A stretch of DNA of 64,000 nt from contig OZ242358.1 of NCBI GenBank assembly GCA_965208835.1, forward strand, positions 4,320,001-4,384,000, read 5' to 3'. Below the pieces are notes generated by a model that was given only the letters and a program-made list of their open reading frames with translations, did no database searches and had not been told where the DNA came from. The translations under genes and the position numbers were made by a program. Position 1 is the stretch's first letter. Every line of letters starts with the position of its first letter. The DNA is from Candidatus Latescibacterota bacterium (GTDB taxonomy: Bacteria; Latescibacterota; UBA2968; GCA-2709665). Shown here piece by piece: positions 51,701 to 60,948 of this stretch.

Positions 51701-51820
51701 CCCGTCGACAATTCTCAATTCTGGGAAAGGTCCGGCAAACCTCGCGATTGCGTCTTTCTGATGGGATTATCCCTTATGGGTCCAAGAGCATCGATAATCG
51801 AGAAATATCAGAATGGCTAG
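48725..51820 (+). CDS. SIR2-STAND NTPase-TPR protein (Avs/AVAST-like antiviral sensor-effector)
   Basis: LFLGAGAA, FTTNYD, YKLHG, LFIGYSFAD (SIR2); GAGGAGKS and VLFVFDG (P-loop); RSRHPLIA; TPR helices. Confidence 0.82.
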   Translation: MDFPDNLIETISSGNCVLFLGAGAAREAGAPVGNELATLLADRFEKHDISTHNLREFVDVLETTSGVDRQEIDKAIVETLQKTSPSNAHLFLPGFVWQAIFTTNYDRLIEIAYDIYRTSRGEPPLQRCNVVNGLQDQVRLDNRSSVNLYKLHGCISSIGQGNPLVLSSRDYRNTRKKRQRMLRTLKMLAVEHSILFIGYSFADQYLSELLDDIQQESPYHHHRTMFLVIPELTASYEEYFQSRNFKHLSGTFGQFCESLSELVETEARKKALTSRISSVQTVGDRSASIPTSLRVSLDSQLEIFRPEGSFNRNPKRFLSGFPPSLDDLKSRNDVTRDQQFELTESVRKALRTEAYLRPIVMVLGAGGAGKSTLAARVAYDIADQRLAISCRLKNPEQWNIDEIVNFADRIQAPVLFVFDGIEVRSWLRATKDLRQALTVARVNATLLLSCQKAVWNECKAKMGSQDIEVFDLQDRLSEIEAASLIEKLTEAKLLTTDAKIRQREVSNIVNECDGHLVAALLQIVQSGKFKAIVLGEYGNLSHRAQKAYQFVALLHQHRISIPDYLLNSVSTNNWDIFVDQVIREESELVIIQDLDATSGRLRFRSRHPLIARTIIDATVPKFEDRVRMYRRIFAELAASAEDRSFVLTLLTTESVRREIREEQYLEEFFDRALDLFPDDRALILQFGRHENNAGNYERAREILEWGKSINPRDSHILHQLGVCAQRRARRVKEKIDPLLHDSLIQEARYYFRQVQEIDPISQYGYVSEARLAINLARNEKDQVQKFALISEAESIIRSGLLLVREDDHDILRGCEAELSDVAGDTSEVLHRLCALDEKETLGYGSLYHLWAACLVRVGNVDEAIEVIKRGVKDFPGDEMLIQLMLQILEGFLFRARSRDVASEFIGYLQRETENMNIWIVFLKGVVELYDTQYRLAMESFMEVRRRMNSRASTRIRDYLRDESGHEIQKRGIIEIGRYGRPWIKDVGTGIKMPVDNSQFWERSGKPRDCVFLMGLSLMGPRASIIEKYQNG

Positions 51821-52956
51821 GCGATTGGTCTAATTCGATGGAATTATTCTGCGGAGATTGGATCCCGGGCTTTCCGGTTAGAAATATACATCGAGGTGCT
51901 TTGATGTATTGATTCGACCCAAGTTATACAATTACGTAAATCTCGTTGCCACATACGCGCATAGGAGAGTAACAATCATGCCGGCGGACCCGACACATCG
52001 GACAACGCATGAGAAGCATGAAAAACCTACCCCACAGTTGATGCAACTGCAGACCATGGAACGCTTGGAGCATCCGGAGCAAGACGATTCACAACTGAGT
52101 TCTGACCGACTGCCGAAATCGGATGCAAGCTCAAGCGGTTGAAACTCGGATGCTGACATTTCGCTGAACAGCCATCCAGATAGAATAACTGTGCAAGAGT
52201 GAGGAACTCGACGCGCAAATGAAGGCACTTGAATACAGATTCCGGGACTCCCCACTCAACATAGATCGTGTACACGAAATCGTACGGGTATGGCTCTCCA
52301 AAAGACACCCCATTCTAGCCCAACTTGAACGATAATGAAGTCGTAATACAAGAATTGCGGTATAGACTTTGTTCTCTTCAAGTGCAGATTGACAACTAGG
52401 AGGATCGACTAAAGGAAAAACAGGCATAATTTACTAAGATGAAAGATGAATGCCTGTTTCACGTTATTCAACGGCGGTTGCTCGGTCATCAGGAAGTTCG
52501 TGCGAGATTCGCCCCCCAAGTCCATTCTGCTACTTTGCACTTTGGATCGCAATCCCAATGCCCGATTGGATCATTATACCGAGCGGTTAACCGGTAACGC
52601 TTCGCACGTGCCGACAGACCGGGAACCGGCCTCTTGTTCCTGAAGGTCGCGTGTGAGACCGCCACAACCAAAGACCCTGAGTGTCCTTGCCTCCAACATC
52701 GGTTCTCCACCTCATCTTGTCCTTTCCGGCCAATATACGAAGATTAACTCAGTGTGGAAGTTGCCTTACTCTATATTCGCAGGTAGGTGGTTTGATACTA
52801 AAACCAACGACCCTAGTCGTTGCGCCAAAGGATCGCCTGTACTCTTCACAGTTCTTCCAAATCGATGCGTCGTAGTGCAAGGTCCGTACAGAATGTTACG
52901 GTTACAAATTGGTGTGTATTTCCTCAATTTCACGCATATCTTCCCGGGATTTCAAA

Positions 52957-54315
52957 ATGCGGGAACGTATTTGCTTATATAAACGCTTTGAAGGACGTTT
53001 ATCCGTTAATCCATCGATTACGTCCAACATAATTTCGTACCGCGGGAACCGCGATGCTCCTGGATTTCGATGGATGAAATACAAGGAGGGCTTCTCAACT
53101 AGCCTAGTCGAAAGCCTGATTGGAGAAATTCAGCCTTCATCGGTCTTGGACCCGTTTTCGGGCATAGGTACCACGCCACTTGTAGCGGCCGGAATGGGAC
53201 TGCGAGCTACTGGCATAGAGATCCTGCCTGTCGCAGTACTTGTGGGGCGGGCGATTGCGCTCGCTGCCAATGGATTGCGTCGCGATGCGTTTATAAAGGT
53301 CGCATCTGCCATGCTGAAGCACCTCAGGACCGAAAAACAAGCGGGGTCGGAACATGCCTTTCCCCATGTCGGCATTACGGAATATGCTTTTCCGTCAGAG
53401 ACAGAACTCGAACTTGCCAAAGCGCGTGAATTCATTAGTATCGTCGACGACCACAGTATACAAACTATGCTTAACCTCGCATGTATGAGTGTTTTGGAGT
53501 CTGTGAGCTACACAAGAAAAGACGGACAGTATCTGCGATGGTACAACCAATCACGTCGGAATGTGAAGACACGGGCAAAGAAGAGTTCGATCCCACGGTT
53601 CATAAACGCGCTCGATTTTCGCCTTTCCCAGATGGCAGAGGACATCATACCGTTGACTGTACGTTATGGGAGCGGTGAATCTAACCTGATTGCTGGGTCG
53701 ACTCTTGAGCACCTTCGGCGTATGCCTGAGGCTTCGTTTGACTTGGTAATCACATCTCCACCCTACCCAAACCGTTACGACTATACAAGGATTTATGCGC
53801 TGGAACTGGCTTGGCTCGGATATAATCAAGATGCAATCAAGTCCCTACGCCAAGAATTGTTGTCTGCCACAGTCGAGAACAGATCCAAGATAGATTGGCT
53901 GGTGAAAAATTACCGCCACGCATCACTTTTGCCATCGGCAATCCGAATGTATGAACAGCAAAGTGCAATGCACGAAGCGTTGAATATACTGCGGTCGTAC
54001 AGAAAAGAGTTAAGCAATCCAAATGTAATTCGTATGCTTGAAGGATACTTTATTGAGATGGCTATAGTAGTTGCCGAATTAGGACGAATTGTGAGTCCCG
54101 CAGGGAACGTAATTGTCGTAAGCGATAATGTTCAATACCATGGTGAAGAATTCCCAGTGGACTTCATCCTGTCCGACTTTGCAGAACAGTCGGGATTCGA
54201 ATGCAAACACATCTGGACGCTACCACGTGGAAAGGGTAACTCGAGCCAACAAATGGGCAGATTTGGACGCCGGGAGTTGCGAAAGTGTGTTTACTGGTGG
54301 TCAAGATTGAAATAA
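52957..54315 (+). CDS. N4-cytosine DNA methyltransferase, AvaI/BsoBI-system-like
   Basis: RWMKYKEGFS, LDPFSGIGTT, TSPPY.NRYDYTR.YALEL, RGKGNSSQQMG..GR..LRKCVY; no cognate endonuclease ORF adjacent. Confidence 0.8.
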   Translation: MRERICLYKRFEGRLSVNPSITSNIISYRGNRDAPGFRWMKYKEGFSTSLVESLIGEIQPSSVLDPFSGIGTTPLVAAGMGLRATGIEILPVAVLVGRAIALAANGLRRDAFIKVASAMLKHLRTEKQAGSEHAFPHVGITEYAFPSETELELAKAREFISIVDDHSIQTMLNLACMSVLESVSYTRKDGQYLRWYNQSRRNVKTRAKKSSIPRFINALDFRLSQMAEDIIPLTVRYGSGESNLIAGSTLEHLRRMPEASFDLVITSPPYPNRYDYTRIYALELAWLGYNQDAIKSLRQELLSATVENRSKIDWLVKNYRHASLLPSAIRMYEQQSAMHEALNILRSYRKELSNPNVIRMLEGYFIEMAIVVAELGRIVSPAGNVIVVSDNVQYHGEEFPVDFILSDFAEQSGFECKHIWTLPRGKGNSSQQMGRFGRRELRKCVYWWSRLK

Positions 54316-54395
54316 GGTTTCTTGGATCACCAATTGAAAAACTCCGTGGCTCCAACTCGGCCACAAGAAGAGCTAATAAGCCGGTTACTGACAAC

Positions 54396-55499
54396 ATGTA
54401 CGGAACACAATCTCTGACGAAGGTCGTATACCTTTTGGGTGCGGGTGCATCCCACGCCTGCGTCTCGCACGTTGGTTGCCCACATGGAATATTAATGAAG
54501 CATCTCGGACAACCCTTAACGGAAAAACTGCGTACGTTGCTGCAAGATGGATATTTGGACGATGACAGCCTAAACAACCTAGTGAATTCAGTTATTGATG
54601 AGACAACAGACTTTGAGCAAGTAATTACGTTTTTGGGTGAGGCCCCTTCCGAAATCCATCGTAGATTCGCCAACGAGATGAAGAGTGCTTTTGAAGCTGT
54701 GCTTCGGAGTCAGCTGCAACGCATACGTACAGAAATCAAAGACGATCCCATTGAACTATATAAGGTGTTAATCGACTTGTACAATATTGAGGAATTTCCG
54801 GAAAAACTCGAAGGAATTATTACGATAAATTACGACGAATACATCGAAAAAGCTATTGAACAGGTTAGCACTTGTTCTATTGACTTCGGATTCCGTGTAC
54901 AACCATCCAATCCAAACACCCTTAAACTTAGGCTGCTGAAACTTCATGGTTCCTTTGGTTGGCAGGACACTTGGCCGACTGCACGAGGATGTGATGGCAA
55001 TTCAACCCTTTGGATTCCGCCTGGTATTCAGAAAGCAAAACAGGCATATCCATTCAATGTCTTGTGGGGGTTGGCTCGTGAGATGTTATCTTGCAATGTC
55101 TTGCGCATCATTGGATGTCGCTTGGGACCGAATGATTGGGATCTGATTTCATTGCTGTTCACAATGCGTCACGTCAATTACGAAGAACGTCCCAGGATCG
55201 AAGTCATTGATGCTCCATCTCATGTGGAAGATTTGAAGCAGACATATCCTTATCTAGAACTAAGGTCAATATTGGAAGTTGACCGAATCGGCAGTAAATT
55301 TGTCGCGGAGTTTACGGGAACCTCGCCTCGCAGATTTGACGAGCTCGACGAAGAAGAACGAGCCGAAGTAATAAGAGCAGCTGGAACCGACCGCAATTGG
55401 TTCGAACTTTGGTTGAAATTGCTAGCTGAGACACTTTACGTTGAACTTGGTTCTGTTTTAACTACAACGAAAACGGTCGAAGCGTTCTTGGAATCCTAG
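54396..55499 (+). CDS. stand-alone SIR2-like protein
   Basis: VYLLGAGAS, ITINYD, LLKLHGS, IPPG..K, RIIGC.L..ND. Confidence 0.8.
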   Translation: MYGTQSLTKVVYLLGAGASHACVSHVGCPHGILMKHLGQPLTEKLRTLLQDGYLDDDSLNNLVNSVIDETTDFEQVITFLGEAPSEIHRRFANEMKSAFEAVLRSQLQRIRTEIKDDPIELYKVLIDLYNIEEFPEKLEGIITINYDEYIEKAIEQVSTCSIDFGFRVQPSNPNTLKLRLLKLHGSFGWQDTWPTARGCDGNSTLWIPPGIQKAKQAYPFNVLWGLAREMLSCNVLRIIGCRLGPNDWDLISLLFTMRHVNYEERPRIEVIDAPSHVEDLKQTYPYLELRSILEVDRIGSKFVAEFTGTSPRRFDELDEEERAEVIRAAGTDRNWFELWLKLLAETLYVELGSVLTTTKTVEAFLES

Positions 55500-55514
55500 G
55501 AGGAGCGAGTAATT

Positions 55515-56678
55515 ATGGAAAAGGAAGTTATTTCTTGGTCAGTGAAGGAATTGAGGGGACAATTTAGCTTGATAAGCTTTCCAGAATACCAGCGAGAGCC
55601 TAATTTGTGGACACTTGTCGAAAAACAACGGCTAATCGACTCGATGATTAGACACTTTGACATTGCGTCTCTATATCTCTATCAGCATAACGATGGTGCT
55701 ATGGACTGTGTGGACGGGCGTCAAAGAATAGGGTCGATAATGTCGTTCTTGGGTGAGAACAACGCCAACAGTGACACCAACTTTCCGTTTCGGCCATTGA
55801 ACGAAATCCTTCAAGAAGAATGTCCACCGTACCAGTCGTTAGCAGGCAAGACATTTAACGAGATCGAACAGCTGCGGAAAACTCACGATGACCCTACGGC
55901 AGCAAAGTTCGTGGATACGTTCTTAGGTTATCCGCTAACCGTGATCATGTTGTCTGACAGCAAGGCTGGGGAAGAGTTCAATCTTCAATTTACCAGGTTG
56001 AACTTGGGGACAATAATCAACTCTGGTGAGAAACTCCATGCTATGGTTGGTGACCTCAGAGATGCCTGTTTCAACCGTCTTGGCAATCATCCCTTTCTCG
56101 AAGGCACGAACATACCAACACGACGTTTTGCGCGTGAGCAGGTGGCAGCACAGATTCTAGCTCAAGTTTTTTCGTTCAGTGCCAACGGAGTATATACGAG
56201 GATTAGGCATTTTGACCTTCAACGGATATTTAAGGAACATCGTAAGTTCACCGACGACCAAGAGGAATTGGTTGAACAAATACGCAAGCTTTTTGATCTC
56301 TTGCGTGAAGCCTTTATTGGAATCGAAACTCTTCGAAATCGAGCGATAACAGTTTCGACTGTTCTACTCGCATGGCAATCGAAATTGGATGGCTCAGGAC
56401 AAGCATCGCAACTCGCGGAATTCATTGACGAATTCGTACATCGACTCAATTGGCAAGTTAAGAAAGGGCTGGACCTAGACCGCGAATACCTCTACCTAAC
56501 GACGTTTCAACACAACATCACACAGGCTTCCTCTGAGAAGTCTTCGATTGAAGCACGCGCTAAGACGTTGCAAGAGGAATTCTTTCGATGGCGCTGTGAC
56601 GGCGAACTGAAAGGTGACAGTGATTGGAGATTAAAGAATCCAACTAGTGATCCGGGTAGAGAATCCCGTTCATCGTAG
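55515..56678 (+). CDS. DUF262 (ParB/Srx-like, GmrS-type) domain protein
   Basis: PEYQRE..W...KQRLIDSM, VDGRQR, FTRLNLG; AGGAGGAG RBS overlaps the SIR2 stop; no HNH motif seen. Confidence 0.8.
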   Translation: MEKEVISWSVKELRGQFSLISFPEYQREPNLWTLVEKQRLIDSMIRHFDIASLYLYQHNDGAMDCVDGRQRIGSIMSFLGENNANSDTNFPFRPLNEILQEECPPYQSLAGKTFNEIEQLRKTHDDPTAAKFVDTFLGYPLTVIMLSDSKAGEEFNLQFTRLNLGTIINSGEKLHAMVGDLRDACFNRLGNHPFLEGTNIPTRRFAREQVAAQILAQVFSFSANGVYTRIRHFDLQRIFKEHRKFTDDQEELVEQIRKLFDLLREAFIGIETLRNRAITVSTVLLAWQSKLDGSGQASQLAEFIDEFVHRLNWQVKKGLDLDREYLYLTTFQHNITQASSEKSSIEARAKTLQEEFFRWRCDGELKGDSDWRLKNPTSDPGRESRSS

Positions 56679-56961
56679 AATGGAAGTTTAGCCGGATAAT
56701 TGGTGGTATTTGGAAGACCGGTAGCGTCTTGTGTTCGTTTATTGGCCGCATTCGGATGGTTGATTTCGGTCGTGGGAGGAGAATTTATGAGTTCTCGATT
56801 ACGGTTAAAGGTATTATAGAGAAGGGCAAGGATTATCAAAGATCCGTCGGTCCGCGATTCTCCCGCTCTGTTGACGATCCATGTATCTACCTTCAGCGGC
56901 ATTCGGGACCTCCTCAGTTTGTGTTTGTACGGCAATCCACCCTCTGCTCTGGCCCGTTACA

Positions 56962-57837
56962 TCAATTCTCAATGTCTTCACGCTTGTTGATGAGATACGC
57001 GGCAAAACACGCGCACGCTCCGAACATGAAGACGGCATCATTGATGTCTACTTCGGGAGCGCTTTCGGCAAGCAGCGCATGGCGGATGCCGCTTTCATCG
57101 TTTGTATACCCGTACAAATTGATGAAAGCCGCCTTCAAAGCTGGATGATTTAAGACACCAGCCGATTCGAGAGATTTTAGCGCTGGCCCAAGCGACTTGC
57201 CTGCTTTGGGGTCTATCGTCCGTGCCACGGATTCGACCGCGTGGATACATTCTCTAACTGTATCTGCAAATCGTCCCTCGTTGATAGCGGTAGCTGCAGC
57301 ACGCATATGGCTCCTTGCGCCTAATGGAGCCTTCTCTGCGATCGTTTCGATTGCCTTCTGCGTGGCTCTACCATATTCCTCACTGACGCGGGGTATGACT
57401 GTTGGTTTACCTCCGATTTCTTGGATAGCATAGGCGAGACGACCTTTTCGAAATGCATCTTCCAATACTTGACGAAGCATAGCGGAACAGTGTTTGTGAC
57501 TAACCATAAACTCGACTAACGTAAGGAGTTCGTGATATTTCCCTTCGAGAATTATATCTCTCAAATACCCACGGTGGCGAATAGGGGTATGTTGTATTTG
57601 GTCGTGGGGCCATTGATGAACCATGAAAAAGTAGCTACGAATAATCATAGAGATAGATGCGTCTTTGTAATAACGATCGTCATCAATCGCTTCATGACGA
57701 ATCGCCGTATCAACAACGAGCCAAACTATGTGTCTGAAATCCTTGGAAACATACCCCAATCGTATAATTCCAGGCAGTGGCGCAAGTCCCTCTCGCTGAG
57801 AGAATGTAAGCCTGCGCTTTTCCTCGCTCGGTTTCAT
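56962..57837 (-). CDS. AbiJ-NTD4 domain protein with a HEPN-like C-terminus
   Basis: LTFSQREG N-terminus; TVRECIHAVES, LYGYTNDESGIRHA. Confidence 0.75.
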   Translation of the reverse strand: MKPSEEKRRLTFSQREGLAPLPGIIRLGYVSKDFRHIVWLVVDTAIRHEAIDDDRYYKDASISMIIRSYFFMVHQWPHDQIQHTPIRHRGYLRDIILEGKYHELLTLVEFMVSHKHCSAMLRQVLEDAFRKGRLAYAIQEIGGKPTVIPRVSEEYGRATQKAIETIAEKAPLGARSHMRAAATAINEGRFADTVRECIHAVESVARTIDPKAGKSLGPALKSLESAGVLNHPALKAAFINLYGYTNDESGIRHALLAESAPEVDINDAVFMFGACACFAAYLINKREDIEN

Positions 57838-57888
57838 CTCGTCGCTCCTTGAGCTTGTTTCTGAACAATCGGCATCGGCATTTCTCCC

Positions 57889-57916
57889 AATATAAGTTGA
57901 AAACGACTCAAGTCAA
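57889..57916 (-). promoter_or_regulatory. candidate promoter for the AbiJ-like gene
   Basis: TTGACT-N16-TATATT. Confidence 0.45.
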
Positions 57917-58214
57917 AATCTGGCAATCCAAGTTAGTCGGACATCTGATCACGCGTAGAACATCAAGCTGCAATTGTGGATTGTGGCTGAACTGCCTCGT
58001 CCGTCGGGTGACTTACGATTGAATCGTTCCCATTGGATCGTATGAGTTATGGACGACCGAAACAAGACACTAGCGGATTCGACAAGATTTGGGCTCTAAG
58101 GATGATTGTGACTACGCCTGATGCGAAGGTTATTCCATGTGAGTCGTCCCATTCCTGTTGCCGACCGGGCATATGACAATAGACTTGGAGCACGCAACCG
58201 CTGTGCACGCAGCG

Positions 58215-59303
58215 AAACGCACGCCTGTTAAGTTTCTTCGGACCCAAGCGTCTCCGCCGCTTCTGCCAATGCCGCCATCGATGTGCCGTCCCGCGACACA
58301 TTGCACATGTCCCGCAGCCTGTTCAGCCCGATGGGCATCTTGTAATACTTGCAGATCATTCCCAGACACGCCGCCCCGCAGTCGGACTGATCGTTTTGCT
58401 TCAGGAGCGGAAAACGAAACGACGTTGATGTCTTGTGTTGTTCATCAGATGTCCTTGCGATCGAGACATCTGATGGGACGCCGTCAGCCGCAACGGCGTT
58501 GTTCACTACCGCCGCTTCCGCGTGGACGTGACTTCCGCCCGATTGAATCTCGCGGGACTGAGACCTGTCCGATCCAGATTCCCGGTACAATTGCCGGGCT
58601 ATTTCCCTCAAGGGCGTAAATTCAGGAATTGAATGTTCCAGGCTTTCCAGGTCGGATTTATCCAGAAAATAGATCACGCAGTGGACCCGGCTGCGGATCG
58701 TCCGTGACTCACCACCCTTGGAATCCGTCTCTTCGAAAAAATCCCCGGCGTCCAGAGTATGCGAGCTGCCGTCCTAAAAAACACGTCCAACCTGCCTCCG
58801 CCCACTATGCAGAACCGGCCGAGCGAGCGACCGGGTTCGACAAGCGTCGTTCCTTCTGAAACCTCTTCGCGTTTAAAGCTCTGAAAAAGCTTTCCCATGT
58901 CCGCCCCGGAAACGGACCCCTTCAGAAACCTCGTGAAGTCCCGATACGCGATATTTGCGACCTGATCCTTCAGATAGGCTTCCAGCTCCGGCTCCGCCTT
59001 CAACACCTTGAAGAACCCTTCGCGCGACACCTTCAGCACAACGGAATCCTCCGCGGCTCGCACCGTCGCCCGATGTCCCTGCGCCGCCAATAGCGCACCC
59101 TCGCCGAAATGATCGCCGCAATAGAGAAATCCTACGGTCTCAGGTTGACCGTCCGCATTCGGCTTGATCACTCGCAGCCGGCCCGACTTTACCATGTGGA
59201 ACGCGTCGCCAGGCGCCCCTTGTTCAATTACGACCTCTCCGAAACGAAACCGAACGGATTCCGGCTGATTCGACAACTGAGAAAAGCGGGTGAAGACGTC
59301 CAT
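58215..59303 (-). pseudogene. 3'-truncated peptidase-domain ABC transporter (two cNMP-binding domains and part of a C39 peptidase)
   Basis: GDHFGE..RATVRA (cNMP 1); after a frameshift near 58775, TLDAGDFFEE..RTIR (cNMP 2); KQNDQSDCGAACL (C39 Cys). No catalytic His region, TM domain or ATPase follows. Confidence 0.82.
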
Positions 59304-59653
59304 TGTTGCTTTCCCGTGAATGGAAGGATTATCGGCGTGTCCGGATGCAGGTCGACGCCCGACTGGATGCGGTTCGTTTGTTATCAGGGATTCTTCCTGC
59401 CGGAGACCCAGAATTTTCCGGCTCCGAGGGGCAGCCCTCTACACGGTGCTCAGACTCCAATCAACATTACCGTTCCTGAAGTCCGTGGATTCTTGCCGGT
59501 ATATACCTTATTTAATATCTATATATACTATATATAATATTCTTATGCGCATTGTCGACCTATCGTGAGGCCTGAGGCCCCCTTACCGATGTGAGGAGAT
59601 TGGAGCCACGAGCAACCGATCAGACCCTACACTGCATCCAGCCGGGGTTCGGC

Positions 59654-60526
59654 TTATGGTTCCTGGTGCTCGGAAATGCGTTGGGTCTCTTTCGAAATCC
59701 GGCTAAACCACCACAGTCCAAGTGCTGTGAGCGCTATCCCTGATACACTCCACCACCAGGGATTGAATGCAACTTCGTTAATGTCTCCTGAAATGTCCAG
59801 ATGATGCGTGTAAAAATGCAGCATGGTCACAGCGATGAGGTTGTTCAGAGCGTGCCCGAACAACGCGGGCAACAGTGACCCGGTACGGATTACCCACCAG
59901 GCCAATACCAACCCGGATAGAATGATAGGCACAAGATGCCAGAGGTCCAGGTGCAACATACCGAAAAGAACTGCTGACCAGACAATTGCATGAATTCTTG
60001 TATAGTTCGCCAACAGGCCGCTCAGGATTATCCCCCTGAAAAGCAACTCTTCGCCCAATGGTGCGACTAAGACTGCCCCGAACAACGCAGACAAGAAGGA
60101 TGTTCTGCTCAAGATTCCCGAACGATAGACTTCCTGCATCCACTCCGGCATAGGTACGATGCCAATCACGACTTTCATCAATTCAGAATCAAGCATCCCC
60201 AGGCCCACTACTGAAATTGCAACGCAGGGCCATACCCGCAAATCGAAATCTCTGTTGAAGAGACGCCGAACGTAATCCCAATCCAGATCGGTTCGACGGT
60301 ACACGTAACCCAGAATTACGGCGAAGCTCACCAATGCCAGGGTTCCCAATGCGAAATCGTCCTCGAACTGCCATCCCGAAATCGCCGCAGCCAATGCCAG
60401 CACTACGAACGCGAGCATGAGCAGAAACAGTAACCAGATCGTCTGCTTCAAGTCCGGATATGCCTTAGAGATCTCGTCAGAATCTGTGGCCGTCATAGAT
60501 CGATCGCAGTCTGCGTTTACTGGCAT
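59654..60526 (-). CDS. CPBP family intramembrane metalloprotease
   Basis: AYPDLKQ, EELLFRG, FGMLH, HALNN. Confidence 0.9.
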   Translation of the reverse strand: MPVNADCDRSMTATDSDEISKAYPDLKQTIWLLFLLMLAFVVLALAAAISGWQFEDDFALGTLALVSFAVILGYVYRRTDLDWDYVRRLFNRDFDLRVWPCVAISVVGLGMLDSELMKVVIGIVPMPEWMQEVYRSGILSRTSFLSALFGAVLVAPLGEELLFRGIILSGLLANYTRIHAIVWSAVLFGMLHLDLWHLVPIILSGLVLAWWVIRTGSLLPALFGHALNNLIAVTMLHFYTHHLDISGDINEVAFNPWWWSVSGIALTALGLWWFSRISKETQRISEHQEP

Positions 60527-60849
60527 GATTCGTCCTGCTTTCTTTTCGTACCGTCAGGCCGTCTCAGTCCGTCGGTGACGTTAGAATCCTGGCCTGGTTC
60601 AACTCCGCCGGGACCCGACTCAAATAACCCGCGGACTGCGGTCACCATTCGCGCTGCAGCTACATAGAACTTTTTTCGGAAGACTATAAACGAGACTGCC
60701 TGAACAACCAGGACCGCCATCAGGATCGCAAGATCGAATTGAATGACGTATCTGAGAATCAGCAAAGCAGGCACAACGGAGAATAACACGTATAATACGG
60801 CCGCGAGAACCCAACCTCTCCACGTTCCCCCCGAGAGGACATCCTTCAT
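60517..60849 (-). CDS. small two-TM membrane protein (candidate immunity or accessory protein)
   Basis: GGAGG RBS, two hydrophobic helices, overlaps the next start. Confidence 0.6.
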   Translation of the reverse strand: MKDVLSGGTWRGWVLAAVLYVLFSVVPALLILRYVIQFDLAILMAVLVVQAVSFIVFRKKFYVAAARMVTAVRGLFESGPGGVEPGQDSNVTDGLRRPDGTKRKQDESCQ

Positions 60850-60948
60850 CCAGAACCTCCAGTGTTGTGTCTATTGGTCTTTTCTATGAATCAATGGACG
60901 ATTGTCTGATTTGTTTGCGTCACAATCTAAGAACCCGGCGATCAGCGG

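Larger units (their letters stand above)
45370..58215. mobile_element. defence island, no integrase seen, boundaries approximate
   Basis: Visibly more AT-rich; six defence-type genes, mostly opposite in orientation to the flanks; both flanking genes are truncated at the junctions. Confidence 0.65.

Noticed and set aside
45371-57968. ACATCAAGC near both island edges as a target-site duplication
   Set aside because: Only 9 bp, and the right copy is ~250 bp from the transporter breakpoint; compatible with chance
59498-59545. AT-rich TA-repeat tract upstream of the transporter
   Set aside because: Probably promoter or nucleoid-protein-binding DNA; no specific element could be assigned
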